This document shows positions 62,740 through 64,000 of a stretch of 64,000 nt of DNA, in pieces. How positions within the stretch are numbered: the stretch's first letter is position 1; every line of letters begins with the position of its first letter. The position numbers and the translations under genes were made by a program. Under the pieces are notes generated by a model. That model had not been told where the DNA came from, made no database searches, and saw only the letters and a list, made by a program, of their open reading frames with translations. This DNA is from Centroscyllium fabricii. Taxonomy: Eukaryota. The DNA is taken from assembly GCA_051313645.2 (NCBI GenBank), contig JBNRSN020000017.1, forward strand, positions 38,750,001 through 38,814,000, read 5' to 3'.

Positions 62740-64000
62740 ATTTCCGTAGTGTCTACCCCAGCGGCTGCAGCATGGCTGGTGGAAGGCTGCTGACTTTCAG
62801 TGGGGAACACTGCAGATGGCCTTGCAGGACGACCTCGAGCAGCTCTGGGCCTAGAAGGCCCGGCTGTAGACTGCACCACCTCGGCATGGGCAGCTGTAGT
62901 CTGGGCTGGCTGACGGGCAACTGCAATGGCACTGGTGGAGTGGCAGGGGTGGAAGTATGAATGCTGTCAACCCGAGAAAGGACAGCAGGGTCTTGCTCCA
63001 CGGAGCCAATGCCACTCCCCCGGGTGGCACCTCAGCATTCCTAGCCATCTGTTGGAGGAGAGATTGCCGGACTGCTGTGACGCTCTGCAAGCCCCTCTGC
63101 ACATTCATAAACCCAGCCACGATGGCAGTAATCTGAGCTTGCATGACAGAAGTCTGCAGCACTCAGTCATTGGGTCGCTTTCGCTTGTGCTGCACCGGAA
63201 GCTGCAGCATTGACTGTGGTAAACCACTTTGTATATATATGTATATATAACCAACGGCCTGTAACACTGTATATAGTTATGTGTGTACTGCTTGTCTGGG
63301 CATGCCCATGCTAACCCCACCTGTGACTCCTCCTCCCAGGACAGGTATATAAGTGACTGTCTCCCTCCCCCCATTCATTCCGGGAGCAGTCGACTAGCTG
63401 GTGCATGCCCAACCTTTTAGCTAATAAAAGCCTTTTGTTCACCTCATAACATCTCGTCTCCGAGGTCATTGATACGGTGTCAATTTTATTAGCTAAAAGG
63501 TTGGGCATGCACCAGCTAGTCGACTGCTCCCGTGATATGGTATCATTGACCATCACATCCAGCATCATGGTTGGGTCCACAAGTGCTCTGATGGAGTTGC
63601 CCATCACTTCCATCCTGGAAATCATGTGCTCCAAGCTCTGTGCAAAGCCCCGTGCAAGGTTTCAACTGGGCTCCTTCATGCTCCTTGACAGTGACAAGAG
63701 GCTCTCTGGCAGGCTTGCCATTGCTCCAAGTATTTCTGTGCGCATGCCCATCACCCTTCTTCTGTAGGCCGCCCCATCGAAGCCCTCATCTGAGTTTCCT
63801 GCAGCAGAACTCGTGTGCAACCTCGCCCTCCTGGGAGCTGGCACCTGCACTGCCCTTTCCTCCTGGCCTGGCTGCAGTCCACTCATGCCCAGTGACTCAC
63901 CACGTGCAGATCCTGCCTCTATAATACCCTCTAAAGTTCACGCTGTGCCATTTTCTGAGCTGGTGCCTGGAAGTGTCAGAGGGAGTGACGATCTCTCTTC
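62740..64000 (-). pseudogene. C-terminal part of the Harbinger second ORF (usually Myb/SANT-like), broken
   Basis: Convergent coiled-coil-like fragments (YRRRVMGMRTEILGAMASLPESL; LQTSVMQAQITAI); the Myb domain itself is not visible in the window. Confidence 0.55.
63215..63545 (+). mobile_element. Solo LTR with 49-bp internal fold-back and duplicated terminus
   Basis: TGTGGTAAACC..TATATAAG..AATAAA..GGTGTCA (63482), inverted copy 63484-63532, second end TGATATGGTATCA; TSD TTGAC at 63210-63214 and 63546-63550. Confidence 0.85.

Larger units (their letters stand above)
60911..64000. mobile_element. Decayed PIF/Harbinger DNA transposon (runs off the window)
   Basis: Transposase remnant plus a convergent second ORF; candidate left end TTA/GGG at 60908-60913. 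Confidence 0.8.

Overview
This is vertebrate genomic DNA, most likely from a cartilaginous fish, judging by the HE1-like V-SINEs, Deu-domain SINEs and CR1 families. It holds one intact host gene, the 5-exon Polycomb gene CBX4 (Pc2; + strand, 11157-17073, 543 aa when spliced). The ~47 kb downstream is gene-poor and repeat-rich: CR1, L2 and Rex1 LINE remnants, tRNA-derived SINEs, solo LTRs and a decayed Harbinger transposon. Three things stand out. (1) Six fold-back insertions of a Penelope-like retroelement carry minimal type-I hammerhead ribozyme motifs, an asymmetric ~31-41 nt tail and 12-14 bp TSDs; one keeps a GIY-YIG C-terminus and one has copied host DNA in inverted orientation. (2) A second hammerhead-bearing repeat family is present. 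(3) Two LTR-derived insertions with clean TG..CA ends and 5-bp TSDs have internal fold-backs that end near the predicted transcription start, suggesting integrated self-primed or snap-back reverse-transcription products. Coordinates were counted by hand and family names come from motif recall, not database searches.
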